Assembly: GCA_963816355.1 (NCBI GenBank)
Contig: CAWFKH010000003.1
Location: forward strand, 1,638,622-1,702,621
Direction of reading: 5' to 3'
Length of the DNA stretch: 64,000 nucleotides
From: an uncultured Gemmatimonadales bacterium
GTDB lineage: Bacteria > Gemmatimonadota > Gemmatimonadetes > Longimicrobiales > RSA9
The notes under the pieces were generated by a model, which saw only the letters and a list, made by a program, of their open reading frames with translations, was not told the DNA's origin and ran no database searches. Below are positions 51,150 to 63,398 of this stretch, piece by piece. A program made the translations under genes and the position numbers. The first letter of the stretch is position 1; every line of letters begins with the position of its first letter.

Positions 51150-52178
51150 ATGCCCTTTCACGTTCGCGAACGCGTGGCCCGCTTCTGGGCACGGCACCGC
51201 ACGGTCGTGCTCATGGTGCACTCGGCGTGGGCGCTGGCCGGGGGCACCGTCGTCGTGGTGCTGGCGCGCGAGCGCTACCACCTGGTGCCGTGGGTCGTGC
51301 TGTTCCTGGCGGCGGTGTGGGCATCGACACTGTACTTCGGACGCGCGGCGGCGAGCGAGCCCGGGCAGCCGCCGGGGCTGGTGCACGAGGTGGCGTCCTA
51401 CATCACGCGCGTGCTCTACCAAGAGACGCTGTTCTTCCTGCTGCCGTTCTACGCCTACTCCACGGTGGCGGGCTCGCCGAACGTGGTGTTCCTGCTGCTG
51501 CTGGGCGGACTGGCGGTGCTGTCGTGCCTGGACGTGCTGTTCGATCGGTGGCTGCGCACATGGGCGCTGTTCGCCCTGACGTTCTTCGCCATCGTCGCTT
51601 TCGCTGCCATCAACCTGCTGCTGCCGCTGCTCGCGGGGCTGGCGCCGCGCTTCGCTGTGCCGGTGGCGGCGGTGCTGTCGGTGGCGGGCGCGTCGCTGCT
51701 CGCGGTGCGCACCGCGGCGCACGGGCTGGGTGCGCGGCTGCGTCTCGGGCTTGCCGCGGTGGTCATCCTGGTCGTGACGATGGGTTTCCCGGCGCTGATT
51801 CCTCCGGTCCCACTGCGCCTGGAGCGGGCGACGTTCGCGGCGGGCATTGACCAGCAGACGCTGGCCTTGCGGCGTCCGCTGCCGGCCCGTGCGCCGCGCT
51901 CCCAGGTGGACGGCGTGCTAGTGGTGGTCTTCGAAGTCTTTTCGCCCACGGTCGTGCCGGCGATGGTGCGGCTGGAGTGGCAGCGGGACGGTGCGACGGT
52001 GCACACCTCGCGGGACGTGGCGATCAGCGCGCACGCGGCCACGGCGCACACGGCCGGTTTCCGCGTGTGGGACTCCTGGCGGCCGGCGTCGGGCCAGGTG
52101 CCGCCGGGGCGTTACCGCGTGGTGCTGGAGACGAGCGGCGGCCGCATCTTCGGCGTGGCGCGGCTGACGGTGGAGTAG
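51150..52178 (+). CDS. multi-TM membrane protein with C-terminal DUF2914-like Ig domain
   Basis: QETLFFLLPFY, IPPVPLRL, GFRVW, PGRYRV; family assignment from recall. Confidence 0.65.
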   Translation: MPFHVRERVARFWARHRTVVLMVHSAWALAGGTVVVVLARERYHLVPWVVLFLAAVWASTLYFGRAAASEPGQPPGLVHEVASYITRVLYQETLFFLLPFYAYSTVAGSPNVVFLLLLGGLAVLSCLDVLFDRWLRTWALFALTFFAIVAFAAINLLLPLLAGLAPRFAVPVAAVLSVAGASLLAVRTAAHGLGARLRLGLAAVVILVVTMGFPALIPPVPLRLERATFAAGIDQQTLALRRPLPARAPRSQVDGVLVVVFEVFSPTVVPAMVRLEWQRDGATVHTSRDVAISAHAATAHTAGFRVWDSWRPASGQVPPGRYRVVLETSGGRIFGVARLTVE

Positions 52179-52599
52179 CGACCCAGCCCCTCATCTCAAA
52201 GGGCGACGCGCGGATTCGAAATATTCGACTTCGCGGGTCAAGCAAACGTGTGTTTTGTTTCGCCAGCTGATTCGGTTGCACGAGCGGAGAAGCGCGGACG
52301 GGAGACCTGCCGCGAGCCAAGCCCGGTCAGTAGATTACGGTTCTGACACGGCCGCAGAGCCCGCGAGCTCCCTGGCGCCCGGAGGATGTCTACTCGTTGG
52401 AGGGTGCCCGATGCTGCCTGCGATCCTGCTCCGTTCGCTCCGCCTACACCCCGCAGCCGTGCCCGTACGGGGCGAGTCGCCCATCGTCAGACTCCTCGGC
52501 ACCCTTGGCACCACGACTCCCGACCCGCGGCCCGGAACCCGGAGCGGCCCGAGGGCGGCGTGGCTCCGCAGGTCCCTGCGCAAGGCGGTGCTCGCGCCC

Positions 52600-53511
52600 A
52601 TGTTCATTCCATGTGTCGCGTGCGCCGGGACGGCGCCGCCTCCGCCGGAGGCGGGAGCGAGCCCCGGGCGGCTGATGACGCCGCAGGACCTCCAGGCGCT
52701 CCCCAGCAGCGCCCCGGATTACCGCATCGCATACGGAGCGGACTCCAGCCAGTACGGGGACCTGCGCGTTCCGGGAGGCCCGGGACGGCACCCCGTGGTG
52801 GTCCTCATTCACGGCGGCTGCTTCAAGGCAGCCTATGCGAACGCCCGCGACCTGGCGCCGATGGCCGATGCCCTCAAGGCGGACGGGATTGCCACGTGGA
52901 ACGTCGAGTACCGGCGGCTCGGAGAGGCGGGGAGCGGATGGCCCGGTACTTACCAGGATGTCGGACGCGCCATGGACCACCTGCGGGAGCTCGCGGCAGA
53001 GCATGATCTCGACCTCGACCGCGTCGTCATCGTCGGGCACTCCGCGGGCGGGCACCTGGCGATGTGGGCGGCGGCGCGCTCTCGCCTCCCGGCGGGAAGT
53101 GCGCTGTACGCGCCGAACCCGCTCCCGGTGCGCGGGGTCGTCGACCTGGCCGGCCCCCTGGACATGAGCGCGCACCTCGGGGAGTACGAGGCCGCGTGCC
53201 GCGACACCGTCATCACCTCCATGCTGGGCGGCACGCCTGCAGCGGTGCCCGAGCACTACGCGCAGGCCTCGCCGATCCGGCTGCTCCCGCTCGGCATTCC
53301 GCAGGTGTTGGTGATCGGCGAATTCGAGGAGTTCATGCCCCGGCCGCTGGTCGAGGCGTACGCGAGGGCCGCCGCGCAGGCCGGGGACCCCGTCCGCGTG
53401 ATCGTCGTCCCCGGAGTCGGGCACTTCGAGATCGCCAGCCCGCGCGCGTCCTCGTGGCCGCGGGTAAGGTCGGCTATCCGATCGCTGCTCGAAGGAGAGC
53501 TGCCGCTGTGA
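52600..53511 (+). CDS. alpha/beta hydrolase (esterase/lipase-like), possibly a lipoprotein; start uncertain
   Basis: IHGGC, NVEYRR, GHSAGG nucleophile elbow, GHFE. Confidence 0.85.
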   Translation: MFIPCVACAGTAPPPPEAGASPGRLMTPQDLQALPSSAPDYRIAYGADSSQYGDLRVPGGPGRHPVVVLIHGGCFKAAYANARDLAPMADALKADGIATWNVEYRRLGEAGSGWPGTYQDVGRAMDHLRELAAEHDLDLDRVVIVGHSAGGHLAMWAAARSRLPAGSALYAPNPLPVRGVVDLAGPLDMSAHLGEYEAACRDTVITSMLGGTPAAVPEHYAQASPIRLLPLGIPQVLVIGEFEEFMPRPLVEAYARAAAQAGDPVRVIVVPGVGHFEIASPRASSWPRVRSAIRSLLEGELPL

Positions 53512-53547
53512 GCGGGTGGGGTGGGCGGACTGTGCCGCGGCGGGGCT

Positions 53548-53770
53548 TCATTCGCGCATGGTCTTCTCCGTATGTGCATCTGCGGTGGCCACATCGCGCG
53601 GGTAGGTCCGAATGGCGACGAGGCCGACGAGGCCGCCCGCGAAGAGCGGGATCAGCATGACCAGGAAGGTGTCGTGGATCCCGGCGGCGCCGCCGCCGAA
53701 CACCTGACCGGCCAGGAAGCCGAACAGGAGCGGTGCAATGGCCTCGGCGCAGAGACGCAGCATCATCCGG
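53548..53770 (-). pseudogene. C-terminal fragment of an MFS-type transporter
   Basis: EAIAPLLFGFLA...TFLVMLIPL...RTYPRDVATA; only the last two TM helices are present. Confidence 0.55.
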
Positions 53771-53780
53771 GTGGACTCGG

Positions 53781-53816
53781 CACAAAGCCCCGACGCCGTA
53801 ACTGGCGCCGGGGCCT
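53781..53816 (-). terminator. hairpin terminator downstream of tRNA-Gly
   Basis: GGCCCCGGCGCC-loop-GGCGTCGGGGCT followed by a short T-containing tail. Confidence 0.6.
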
Positions 53817-53829
53817 CACTTTCCTTCAG

Positions 53830-53903
53830 AGCGGGAGACGGGACTCGAACCCGCGACCCTCAGCTTGGAAGGCTGACGCTCTAGCCAACTGAGCTACTCC
53901 CGC
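53830..53903 (-). tRNA. tRNA-Gly(TCC), CCA not encoded
   Basis: GCGGGAGTAGCTCAGTTGGCTAGAGCGTCAGCCTTCCAAGCTGAGGGTCGCGGGTTCGAGTCCCGTCTCCCGCT cloverleaf. Confidence 0.97.
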
Positions 53904-53971
53904 GATCATCCGTTCGGACGTCGGCCACAAACACGGAGTCCGGCCCACGCGATCGTGGGGCCGGACTCCCG

Positions 53972-54000
53972 AACATGTGCCGGCGTCGCCCGGTCGTCAA
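53972..54000 (-). promoter_or_regulatory. probable tRNA-Gly promoter (leader hairpin at 53935-53969)
   Basis: TTGACG-17 nt-CATGTT. Confidence 0.5.
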
Positions 54001-54043
54001 GCCGCCGAGCGAGCGCAGTGCCTGTCGTCGAGCCATGAGGGGG

Positions 54044-54102
54044 GTGGCCGTCGAGCCCGTGGCCGTCGAGCCCATCGCCGTCGAGCCCGTGGCCGTCGAG
54101 CC
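54044..54102. repeat. 4 x 15-bp tandem repeat (GTGGCCGTCGAGCCC)
   Basis: Directly visible. Confidence 0.85.
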
Positions 54103-54215
54103 GAAGAGCCCGCGGCTGGTGCGGGTGGCGGCGCCGGTGAGCCTTCGCGATCGGCCGGGGAATTGCAGGATCGCGGGCCGGAAGCGCTGAAGTGGCATTC
54201 ACCGAAGGGGGCATC

Positions 54216-54620
54216 ATGCGAACGAGAGCCCCGAGAGGTATCATCCTGCTGGCGGTCTGCACGCTGTGCGGCGGGTGCGTGGCGGCCGCCGGTGCGGCGG
54301 CGGGCGCGGGGGCGGTGACGTACGTGCGGAACCAGACGAAGGAATCGGTGGCGCGGGCGGATCCGGAGACGACGGCGGCGTGGACGCGGGCGGCGTTCGA
54401 CGAGCTGGGGATCGGCGTCACGAAGACCGAGGAGGAGAAGGGCGGCTCTGAACGCGAGATCCACGGGCAGAACGGCTCGACGGACGTGACGGTGCACCTC
54501 GATGGTCAGGCGGACGGCACCACGAAGGTGCAGGTGACGGCGAAGGTCAATCCGGTGGACTACGACGGAGACTACGCGCAGAAGGTGCTGGACACCATCC
54601 TGAAGAAGGGCATGGGCTGA
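54216..54620 (+). CDS. lipoprotein, DUF3568-like
   Basis: Lipobox LCGG|C followed by VAAAGAAAGAGAVTYV. Confidence 0.7.
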   Translation: MRTRAPRGIILLAVCTLCGGCVAAAGAAAGAGAVTYVRNQTKESVARADPETTAAWTRAAFDELGIGVTKTEEEKGGSEREIHGQNGSTDVTVHLDGQADGTTKVQVTAKVNPVDYDGDYAQKVLDTILKKGMG

Positions 54621-54684
54621 GGCCCGAGCGGCCGCGCGCGAAACCACTTCCAGCGCGCCCGCTTCCGCCTCGCCGGTGCGTGCC

Positions 54685-55302
54685 ATGGTTGACGACCGGG
54701 AGCATCCCGATCAGCGGGTCGTGCTCGTCCGCCACGCCGAGACGGCGTGGAGCCTGACGGGCCAGCATACGGGCGCCACCGACCTGCCGCTGACGGACGA
54801 GGGGCGGGCGCGCACGCAGCGGCTGCGCGGCCGCCTGGCCGGGGAGCGGTTCGGCCGGGTGCTGACGAGCCCGCTCCAGCGGGCGGCCGAGACGTGTCGG
54901 ATCGCCGGGTTCGCGGACCGCGCGGAGGTTCGCGCCGACCTGGTGGAGTGGGACTACGGCCTTTACGAAGGCCGGACCACGGCCGAGATCCGGGCCGCGG
55001 AGCCGGATTGGGACCTGTGGTGCGACGGCGCGCCCGGCGGTGAGTCTCCCGCCGACGTCGCCCGGCGCATGGACCGCGTGCTCGCGGAGCTGATCGAGTG
55101 CTGCGAGCGGGGGGCGGACGCCCTGGTGTTCGGCCATGGCCACGCGCTGACGGCGCTGACGATCCGGTGGCTGGGGCTGCGCATCGAGTCCGGCCGCCAT
55201 TTCCGGCTCGATACGGCATCCGTGAGCGTGCTGGGCTGGAAGCGAGAGGTGCGCGTCCTGGAAGTCTGGAACGACCGGAGCCACTTCGGAGGCGCGTCGT
55301 GA
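54685..55302 (+). CDS. histidine phosphatase (phosphoglycerate-mutase superfamily)
   Basis: LVRHAET.WS, SPLQRA, EWDYG.YEG, GHGH. Confidence 0.9.
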   Translation: MVDDREHPDQRVVLVRHAETAWSLTGQHTGATDLPLTDEGRARTQRLRGRLAGERFGRVLTSPLQRAAETCRIAGFADRAEVRADLVEWDYGLYEGRTTAEIRAAEPDWDLWCDGAPGGESPADVARRMDRVLAELIECCERGADALVFGHGHALTALTIRWLGLRIESGRHFRLDTASVSVLGWKREVRVLEVWNDRSHFGGAS

Positions 55303-56009
55303 AGATAGAGATCGTCGCCACGGATCGGATCGCGGAGCGGGGGGCCGGGAAGATCGCGGCCGTGCTGCGGGCCGCCGTCGCCGCGCGCGGCCGCGCCACC
55401 GTGGCCTTCAGCGGCGGTTCGAGCGCGGTGCCGCTGCTGCACGCGTTGGCCGGCGCCGACGTGCCGTGGGCCTCCGTCCACGTGCTGCAGGTCGACGAGC
55501 GGGTGGCGCCCGCGGGCCACGAGGAGCGGAACCTGACGGCGCTCCGGCGCTGCCTGCTGGACCGGGTTCCGCTGCCTGCGGACCAGCTCCACGCCATGCC
55601 TGTCGACGCGGAAGACCTGGACGCCGCGGCGGCACGGTTCGCCGCGACGCTCCAGAAGGTCGCCGGGCGCCCACCGCGCCTGGACCTCGTGCACCTGGGA
55701 CTCGGCCCGGACGGCCACACCGCGTCCCTGGTGCCTGGGAGCCCGCTGCTGAGCGCGCGCGAGCCGGTCGGCATGAGCGCCGCTTACCAGGGCTGGCGCC
55801 GCATGACGCTCACGCTCCCGGTGCTGTCGCGTGCGCGGCACGTGCTCTGGTTCGTGTTCGGCGCCGGCAAGGCGGCCGTGGTGCGCCGCCTCGTCGACGG
55901 CGAGGCGATCCTACCGGCGGGGAAGGTCGAGCGGTCGCACGCCCTGCTGCTGCTCGATGCGCCGGCGGCATCCGCACTCCCCTCCGGCACGGCGGGAGAC
56001 GTACCGTGA
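55299..56009 (+). CDS. pgl: 6-phosphogluconolactonase (GTG start overlapping upstream stop)
   Basis: SGGSS, VDERV, LGLGPDGHTASL, RMTLTLP. Confidence 0.85.
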   Translation: MKIEIVATDRIAERGAGKIAAVLRAAVAARGRATVAFSGGSSAVPLLHALAGADVPWASVHVLQVDERVAPAGHEERNLTALRRCLLDRVPLPADQLHAMPVDAEDLDAAAARFAATLQKVAGRPPRLDLVHLGLGPDGHTASLVPGSPLLSAREPVGMSAAYQGWRRMTLTLPVLSRARHVLWFVFGAGKAAVVRRLVDGEAILPAGKVERSHALLLLDAPAASALPSGTAGDVP

Positions 56010-56077
56010 GCCGCCACCCGCTTCCACCCGCACGGCCGGCACGCGCTCCGTTGCTCCGGCCGACGACGCCGGGAAGC

Positions 56078-58447
<2,370 letters not shown>

Positions 58448-58688
58448 TCGTCTCTCCCGAAATCCCGCCGCCGGGATCCCACCGGAAGCCGCCCGGGCCG
58501 CAGCCCGCCCGCCGAATCTGTTCCCGAATGCCGGAGGACACGTCAGGTTGCATGCCAGCGCCGCACCTGACGCAAGTGTCTGCCGTTTCAGTACATGGCG
58601 GATCTCGCTGCCGCCGTGCGTGCAACGGATCGTTGCGCGGGTGGGAACGGAACGTTGCCGGCCGGTCGGCGCGCTCGGGGTGGGGGAG

Positions 58689-59657
58689 TCAGACCGCGTG
58701 GCCGCCGGGCGCGGCCGGGCCGCCGGCAGGCCGGGAACGACGGGAACGACGGCGCAGGATCTGTTCGGCGGTGGGTGTGCGGACGCGGGAGACGAGGCCG
58801 GCGCCACGGAGCAGGCAGATGGCGATCCAGCTCGGGTCGAACTGCCAGCGGCCGAGGCCGTGGCGGGCGGAGGCGGGGAACGCGTGGTGGTTGTTGTGCC
58901 AGCCCTCGCCGAGGGCGAGGATGGCCATGATGGGGACGTTGCGGCTCTCGTCGAGAGTGTCGAAGGCGCGAGCGCCGAAGGTGTGGCAGATCGAGTTGAC
59001 GCTCCAGGTGACGTGCTGGACGAAGAAGATGCGGGCGAAGCCGGCGAAGAGGAGGCCGGTGAAGAAGCCTTCGGGCGAGGGGTGGAGCAGCCAGGTGAGG
59101 CCGGCGGGCAGGAGGAGGGAGGCGGCGATCCAGAGGGGATAGAGCCGGTCGACGGCGTGGACGATGGGGTCGGTGAGGAGGTCGGGCGCGTAGCGGCGTG
59201 CGCGGGACTTCTCGGCGTCGAAGAACCAGCCGACGTGGGCGTACCAAAGTCCGCGGACGAGGCCGGCGATGGAGAGGTCGTCGTGATCGATGTGGGGGCT
59301 GTGGGGGTCGCCGGGCCGGTCGCTGAAGCGGTGGTGGCGGCGGTGGTCGGCGACCCAGCGGATGATGGGACCCTGCACGGCCATGGAGCCCGCGACGGCG
59401 AGGGCGCCGCGGGCGAGGGGCACGGCGTGGAAGCCGCGGTGCGTGAAGAGGCGGTGGTAGCCGACGGTGATGCCGAGTCCGGTCCAGAGGTAGAGGGCGG
59501 CGAAGAGCGTGAGGTCGAAGGGGCCGATGCCGCGGCCCCAGAGGTAGGCGACGGCGGCGACGAGTCCGAGGAACGGCACGGCGACGACGAGGAGGACCGT
59601 CGTTCGCCACGCGAGGAGACGCCGCCCGGCGAGGCGGCGGGTGCCGAAGTCGGTCAC
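58689..59657 (-). CDS. acyl-CoA/acyl-lipid (delta-9-type) fatty acid desaturase
   Basis: His boxes HRLFTH, HRRHH, HNNHH; DPHSP, GEGW; GTG start overlaps upstream TGA. Confidence 0.92.
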   Translation of the reverse strand: MTDFGTRRLAGRRLLAWRTTVLLVVAVPFLGLVAAVAYLWGRGIGPFDLTLFAALYLWTGLGITVGYHRLFTHRGFHAVPLARGALAVAGSMAVQGPIIRWVADHRRHHRFSDRPGDPHSPHIDHDDLSIAGLVRGLWYAHVGWFFDAEKSRARRYAPDLLTDPIVHAVDRLYPLWIAASLLLPAGLTWLLHPSPEGFFTGLLFAGFARIFFVQHVTWSVNSICHTFGARAFDTLDESRNVPIMAILALGEGWHNNHHAFPASARHGLGRWQFDPSWIAICLLRGAGLVSRVRTPTAEQILRRRSRRSRPAGGPAAPGGHAV

Positions 59658-60670
59658 GGCACGCGGCAGAAGCCGAAGACGAGGGAGCGGTTGCAGGAGT
59701 GCTCGAGGGCGACGTCGCACCCGGAGGGAAAGAGGCCGCGCACCTCGTCCTCGTCGCGGTAGACGATGGGCCACTCACCGAACCAGTCCTTGCAGAAGGC
59801 GGAGGGCTCGCCGCTGCGGAAGTTGGTGAGTACGAAGACGCCGCCGGAGGCGAGCAGGCCGGCGAGGTGGCCGGCGAGGTGGCGCGCGGGCTCCTCGGGC
59901 AGGTAGTCGAAGAGGCCGGAGCAGATGACGACGTCGAAGCGGTCGCGGCCGGGGAGCGATTCGATGCGCGAGATCGGCAGGTGCACGGCGCGGGCGGAGC
60001 GTTCCCAGCCGGCGAGGGCGCGGCGCCGGACGAACTCGACGGCGGCCGGGTCCTGGTCGACGAGGGTGACGCGCACGCCGTCGGCGCGGGGGGCTTCGCA
60101 GAGGAAGTCGCGGACGTAGCGGGCGCCGCCGCAGGCGATGTCGAGCACGGCGAGGCTGCCGCCGCGCGCGTCGTATTCGTCCATGAGCAGCCGGTGGAGC
60201 CTGTGGCGGCGGTCCCACACCGCGCGCACGCTGTGGATCGTGGAGTAGGCGTAGTCGAGGCAGTTCACGATCGCGGGCTGCGTGGGGTTCTCGCCGGGGC
60301 GCTCCTCGAGGTCGTACATCAGCTCGATGGTGCGGTAGTCGCCGGCGTAGCCGTGCGGCTTGAAGAAGGAGCGGTAGATCGGCTCCGAGCGCCAGAGGAG
60401 GGGGCCGACGGCGGCGAGCAGGTCGCGGCGCTCGCGCGGCAATTCGCCGGAGGGGCGGCCGCCGACGGCGCGCTCGACGCCGTTCACCATCTGCCAGAAG
60501 GCGGCGGCGAAGGCCTCGCGGACGCTCAGATCGGGCACCGTGGCGCCGCTCCGGCGGAGCGCCCTCTCGATCTCGTGCGCGCGGGCCAGGAACCGATCGG
60601 CGAGGGCCGTGAGGACGGGGGCGATCGCGCCGGCGGCGTCCGGCGGCGGATCGAGCCGCTGCAGCTTCAT
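59654..60670 (-). CDS. class I SAM-dependent methyltransferase, PhcB-like
   Basis: KPHGYAGDY, LDIACG, VDQD, SGLFDYL, TNF...W.IVYRD. Confidence 0.75.
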   Translation of the reverse strand: MKLQRLDPPPDAAGAIAPVLTALADRFLARAHEIERALRRSGATVPDLSVREAFAAAFWQMVNGVERAVGGRPSGELPRERRDLLAAVGPLLWRSEPIYRSFFKPHGYAGDYRTIELMYDLEERPGENPTQPAIVNCLDYAYSTIHSVRAVWDRRHRLHRLLMDEYDARGGSLAVLDIACGGARYVRDFLCEAPRADGVRVTLVDQDPAAVEFVRRRALAGWERSARAVHLPISRIESLPGRDRFDVVICSGLFDYLPEEPARHLAGHLAGLLASGGVFVLTNFRSGEPSAFCKDWFGEWPIVYRDEDEVRGLFPSGCDVALEHSCNRSLVFGFCRVP

Positions 60671-60826
60671 CGTCGCTGTCTCTTGAGTTGTGTGGGGGCG
60701 TGGCGGTGCGTCTCCGGTAAAGGATAGGCGCGGACGGCGGATGCCCGCACCCGGCCCGGGATGGCGCGTTGCCAGGGCGGGATGCGAGGCCGGGAAAGTG
60801 GGGGACGACGTCGCCGCCGGCGGCGC

Positions 60827-61740
60827 TCAGGCGGGAGGAGCGGGCGCGTCGCGCAGGGCTTCGAGGCTCGCGCGGATGGTGGCGAGGGCACGGTCGAGCT
60901 CGGCGCCGGCGAGCTCGAGGCGGGCGGACGGACGCGGGGCGAGCCGCGGCCGACCTCGGCCTGCACGAGCTTGATGAGCTGGACGAACTTCGGGACGATG
61001 TCCATGCGGAGGAGCGGGAGGAAGCGGCGGTAGAGGTCGGCGGCCTCGTCGCGACGGGCAGCGGCGAGGTCGAAGAGGCGGACGGACGCTTCGGGGAGCG
61101 CGTTGACGAGGCCGGCGACCCAGCCGTCGGCGCCCATGGCGAGCGCCTCGACGACCATGTCGTCGAGGCCGGCGAAAAGGGCGAGGCGGTCGCCGAGGAC
61201 CTCGCGCAGGGCGGTGATGCGGCGGACGTCCCCGCTCGACTCCTTGACGGCGCGGACGTTGGGGTGGCGGTCGGCGAGCGCGCGAATGCGCTCGGGCCCG
61301 AGGTCGACGCCGTAGGCGATGGGGTTGTTGTAGATCATGCACGGGAGCGGCGTCGCGGCGATGACGGCGTCGAAGTGGGCGCCGGTCTCGCGGTCGTCGC
61401 CCGGGTAGACGTAGGGCGGCAGGACCATGAGCGCGTCGCAGCCGATGTCGGCGGCGTCGCGGGCGAGGTCGACGCACGCCGCGGTGGCGAGGCCGGAGAC
61501 GCCGGGGATCAGGGGCGCGCGGCCGGCGGAGGCGGCGCGGCAGGTGCGCAGGATGGCGAGCTTCTCGTCGGTCGTCAGGGTGGCGCCCTCGCCGAGGGAG
61601 CCGAGGGGGACGATGCCGTTGCAGCCGGCGTCGAGGAGCCAGCGCACGTGGCGGCCGAGCGCGTCGTGGTCGACGGCGCCGTCGCCGCCGAACGGGGTGG
61701 TGATCGCGGGAAAGACTCCGGCCCAGTGCGAGCGGTCCAT
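60827..61740 (-). CDS. DHDPS-family protein (pyrroline-hydroxycarboxylate deaminase-like), 1-nt frameshift near 60922
   Basis: GSLGEG, YNNP..YGVD, KESSGD; C-terminus RLELAGAELDRAL continues in another frame to the stop at 60827. Confidence 0.8.
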
Positions 61741-61750
61741 CGAAAAGCTC

Positions 61751-63115
61751 CTATCGGTCGCCGGCGGAGGCCGGCGGGGTGATCAGGGACGCGATGCGCG
61801 CGGGGAAGATGGGGGCGCGGACGGAGTCCGGCCCGGCGTCGAAGAGGAAGCGCAGCGCGGGCCCGCAGACGCGGCCCTGACAGGGCCCCATGCCGGCCCG
61901 CGTGTAGAGCTTCGCCTGGCGCATTGACCAGGCGGCGTCGATGCGGCCGAGCGGCACGTCCTCGCAACGGCAGACGACGGTGTCCGCCGCAGCCAGCTCG
62001 CGCAGCTCGGGGCGCAGGCGGAAGCCGGCCTCGAGACGCGCCGCGAAGCGGTCGAAACGGGCGTGGCGGGGGGCGAGCGCCAGCGCAGCGGCGTCGTCGC
62101 CCGCGGCCGCCAGACCGGCGATGCGGCCCTCGAGCAGCGCCGCTTCGGCACCCGCGACGGCACTCGCATCCCCAGCGCAGTAGACGCCGTCGACGCTCGT
62201 GCGCTGCAGGCGGTCGACGGCGACGCGGCCGTCGGCCGTGACGGCGCAGCCGAGCCGGCGCGGCAGCTCGTCGGCTCCGACCAGGCCGTAGCCGACGGCG
62301 AGCAGGTCACACGGCACGTCCCGCGAGCGGCGGCCGTCCGTGAGCGTCGCCCACCGCACGCTCTCCTCGCCGCGCGCCGCGCTCACCCAGGTGCCGGCGC
62401 GGTAGCGCGCGGAGGCGAAGCCGGCGCGCAGCGCAGCGGCGCGGGCGAGCGTCGCGGGGGTACGCCAGAGCCTGGCGGCGAAGCGCACGACGGCGCCGCG
62501 CGGCGCCTGCTCCGCGACGAACGCCACGCGCGCGCCCCCGCGCGCGAGCGCCGCGGCCACCGGCAGCAGCAGCGGCCCCGTGCCCGCGACCACCACCCGC
62601 CACCCCGCGACGTCCAGACCGGACTTGAGGAGCGCCTGCGCACCGCCGAGGCCGGTCACGCCGGGCAGCGTCCAGCCCGGGAACGGCAGGAAGCGCTCGC
62701 GCGCGCCGGTCGCGAGGACGACGCGCGCGGCGGCGAGCGACACGGCGCCGTCGCCGGCTGGCGAGGCGGCCGCGTCGGGCGGCGAGGCGGCCGCGTCGGC
62801 CTCGACCCGGAGGCGGAAGCAGGCGCCGGCGGCTTCGGTCTCGACGCGGAGGCGGACGCACGCGGCGCCCGCTTCGGCCTCGGCGTCGACGACGCTCGCG
62901 CCGCACAGGACGCGGGCGCCGGAGCGCTCGAGGCGCTCGAGCGCGCGGCGCGCGGCGCGCGGCAGCGTCGCGCGGTGGTGATGCCGCCAGATCTGGCCGC
63001 CGGGGCGCGGCGCGGCGTCCAGCAGCAGCGCGGCGCGGCCCGCCTCGGCCGCGGCGGTGGCGGCGGCGATGCCGGCCGGGCCGGCGCCGACGACGGCGAC
63101 GTCCACGTCGCTCAT
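61751..63115 (-). CDS. FAD/NAD(P)-dependent oxidoreductase with BFD-like Cys cluster (D-hydroxyproline dehydrogenase / opine oxidase alpha-type)
   Basis: VVGAGPAG, LATGARE..PFPGWTLPGV, VCRCEDV, MGPCQGRVC. Confidence 0.85.
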   Translation of the reverse strand: MSDVDVAVVGAGPAGIAAATAAAEAGRAALLLDAAPRPGGQIWRHHHRATLPRAARRALERLERSGARVLCGASVVDAEAEAGAACVRLRVETEAAGACFRLRVEADAAASPPDAAASPAGDGAVSLAAARVVLATGARERFLPFPGWTLPGVTGLGGAQALLKSGLDVAGWRVVVAGTGPLLLPVAAALARGGARVAFVAEQAPRGAVVRFAARLWRTPATLARAAALRAGFASARYRAGTWVSAARGEESVRWATLTDGRRSRDVPCDLLAVGYGLVGADELPRRLGCAVTADGRVAVDRLQRTSVDGVYCAGDASAVAGAEAALLEGRIAGLAAAGDDAAALALAPRHARFDRFAARLEAGFRLRPELRELAAADTVVCRCEDVPLGRIDAAWSMRQAKLYTRAGMGPCQGRVCGPALRFLFDAGPDSVRAPIFPARIASLITPPASAGDR

Positions 63116-63398
63116 CCGCACTCGACGCGCATGCCGGCGGCGACCTCGACCAGACAGGCGCGGCGGTGTGGCTCGCCGTCGACCGTGACGCGGCACTCGA
63201 AGCAGGTGCCCATGCCGCACAGCGGCGCGCGCGGCGCGCCGTCCACGGAGCTGCGGAAGCGGAGCACGCCGGCGCCGAGCAGCGCCGCGGCGAGGGTCCG
63301 CCGGCGGGCACGGCGAGCGTGCGGCCGTCGACGCGGATCTCGACGGCGGCGCGGGTCGCCGCGCCGTGGCGGCCCAGGTGGGACTCGCGGCGGCTCAC
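63112..63398 (-). CDS. small 2Fe-2S subunit, frameshift near 63300
   Basis: IRVDGRTLAVPAG in one frame, TLAAAL...CGMGTCFECRVTVDG..RACL in another. Confidence 0.75.

Noticed and set aside
52226..52240. AT-rich near-palindrome TCGAAATATTCGA as an operator
   Set aside because: A single short imperfect site with no cognate regulator identifiable in the window.
60667..60826. Apparent ATGA coupling of the DHDPS ORF to the methyltransferase
   Set aside because: It arises only from the frameshifted low-complexity tail. The homologous C-terminus stops at 60827, so this is not evidence of one operon.
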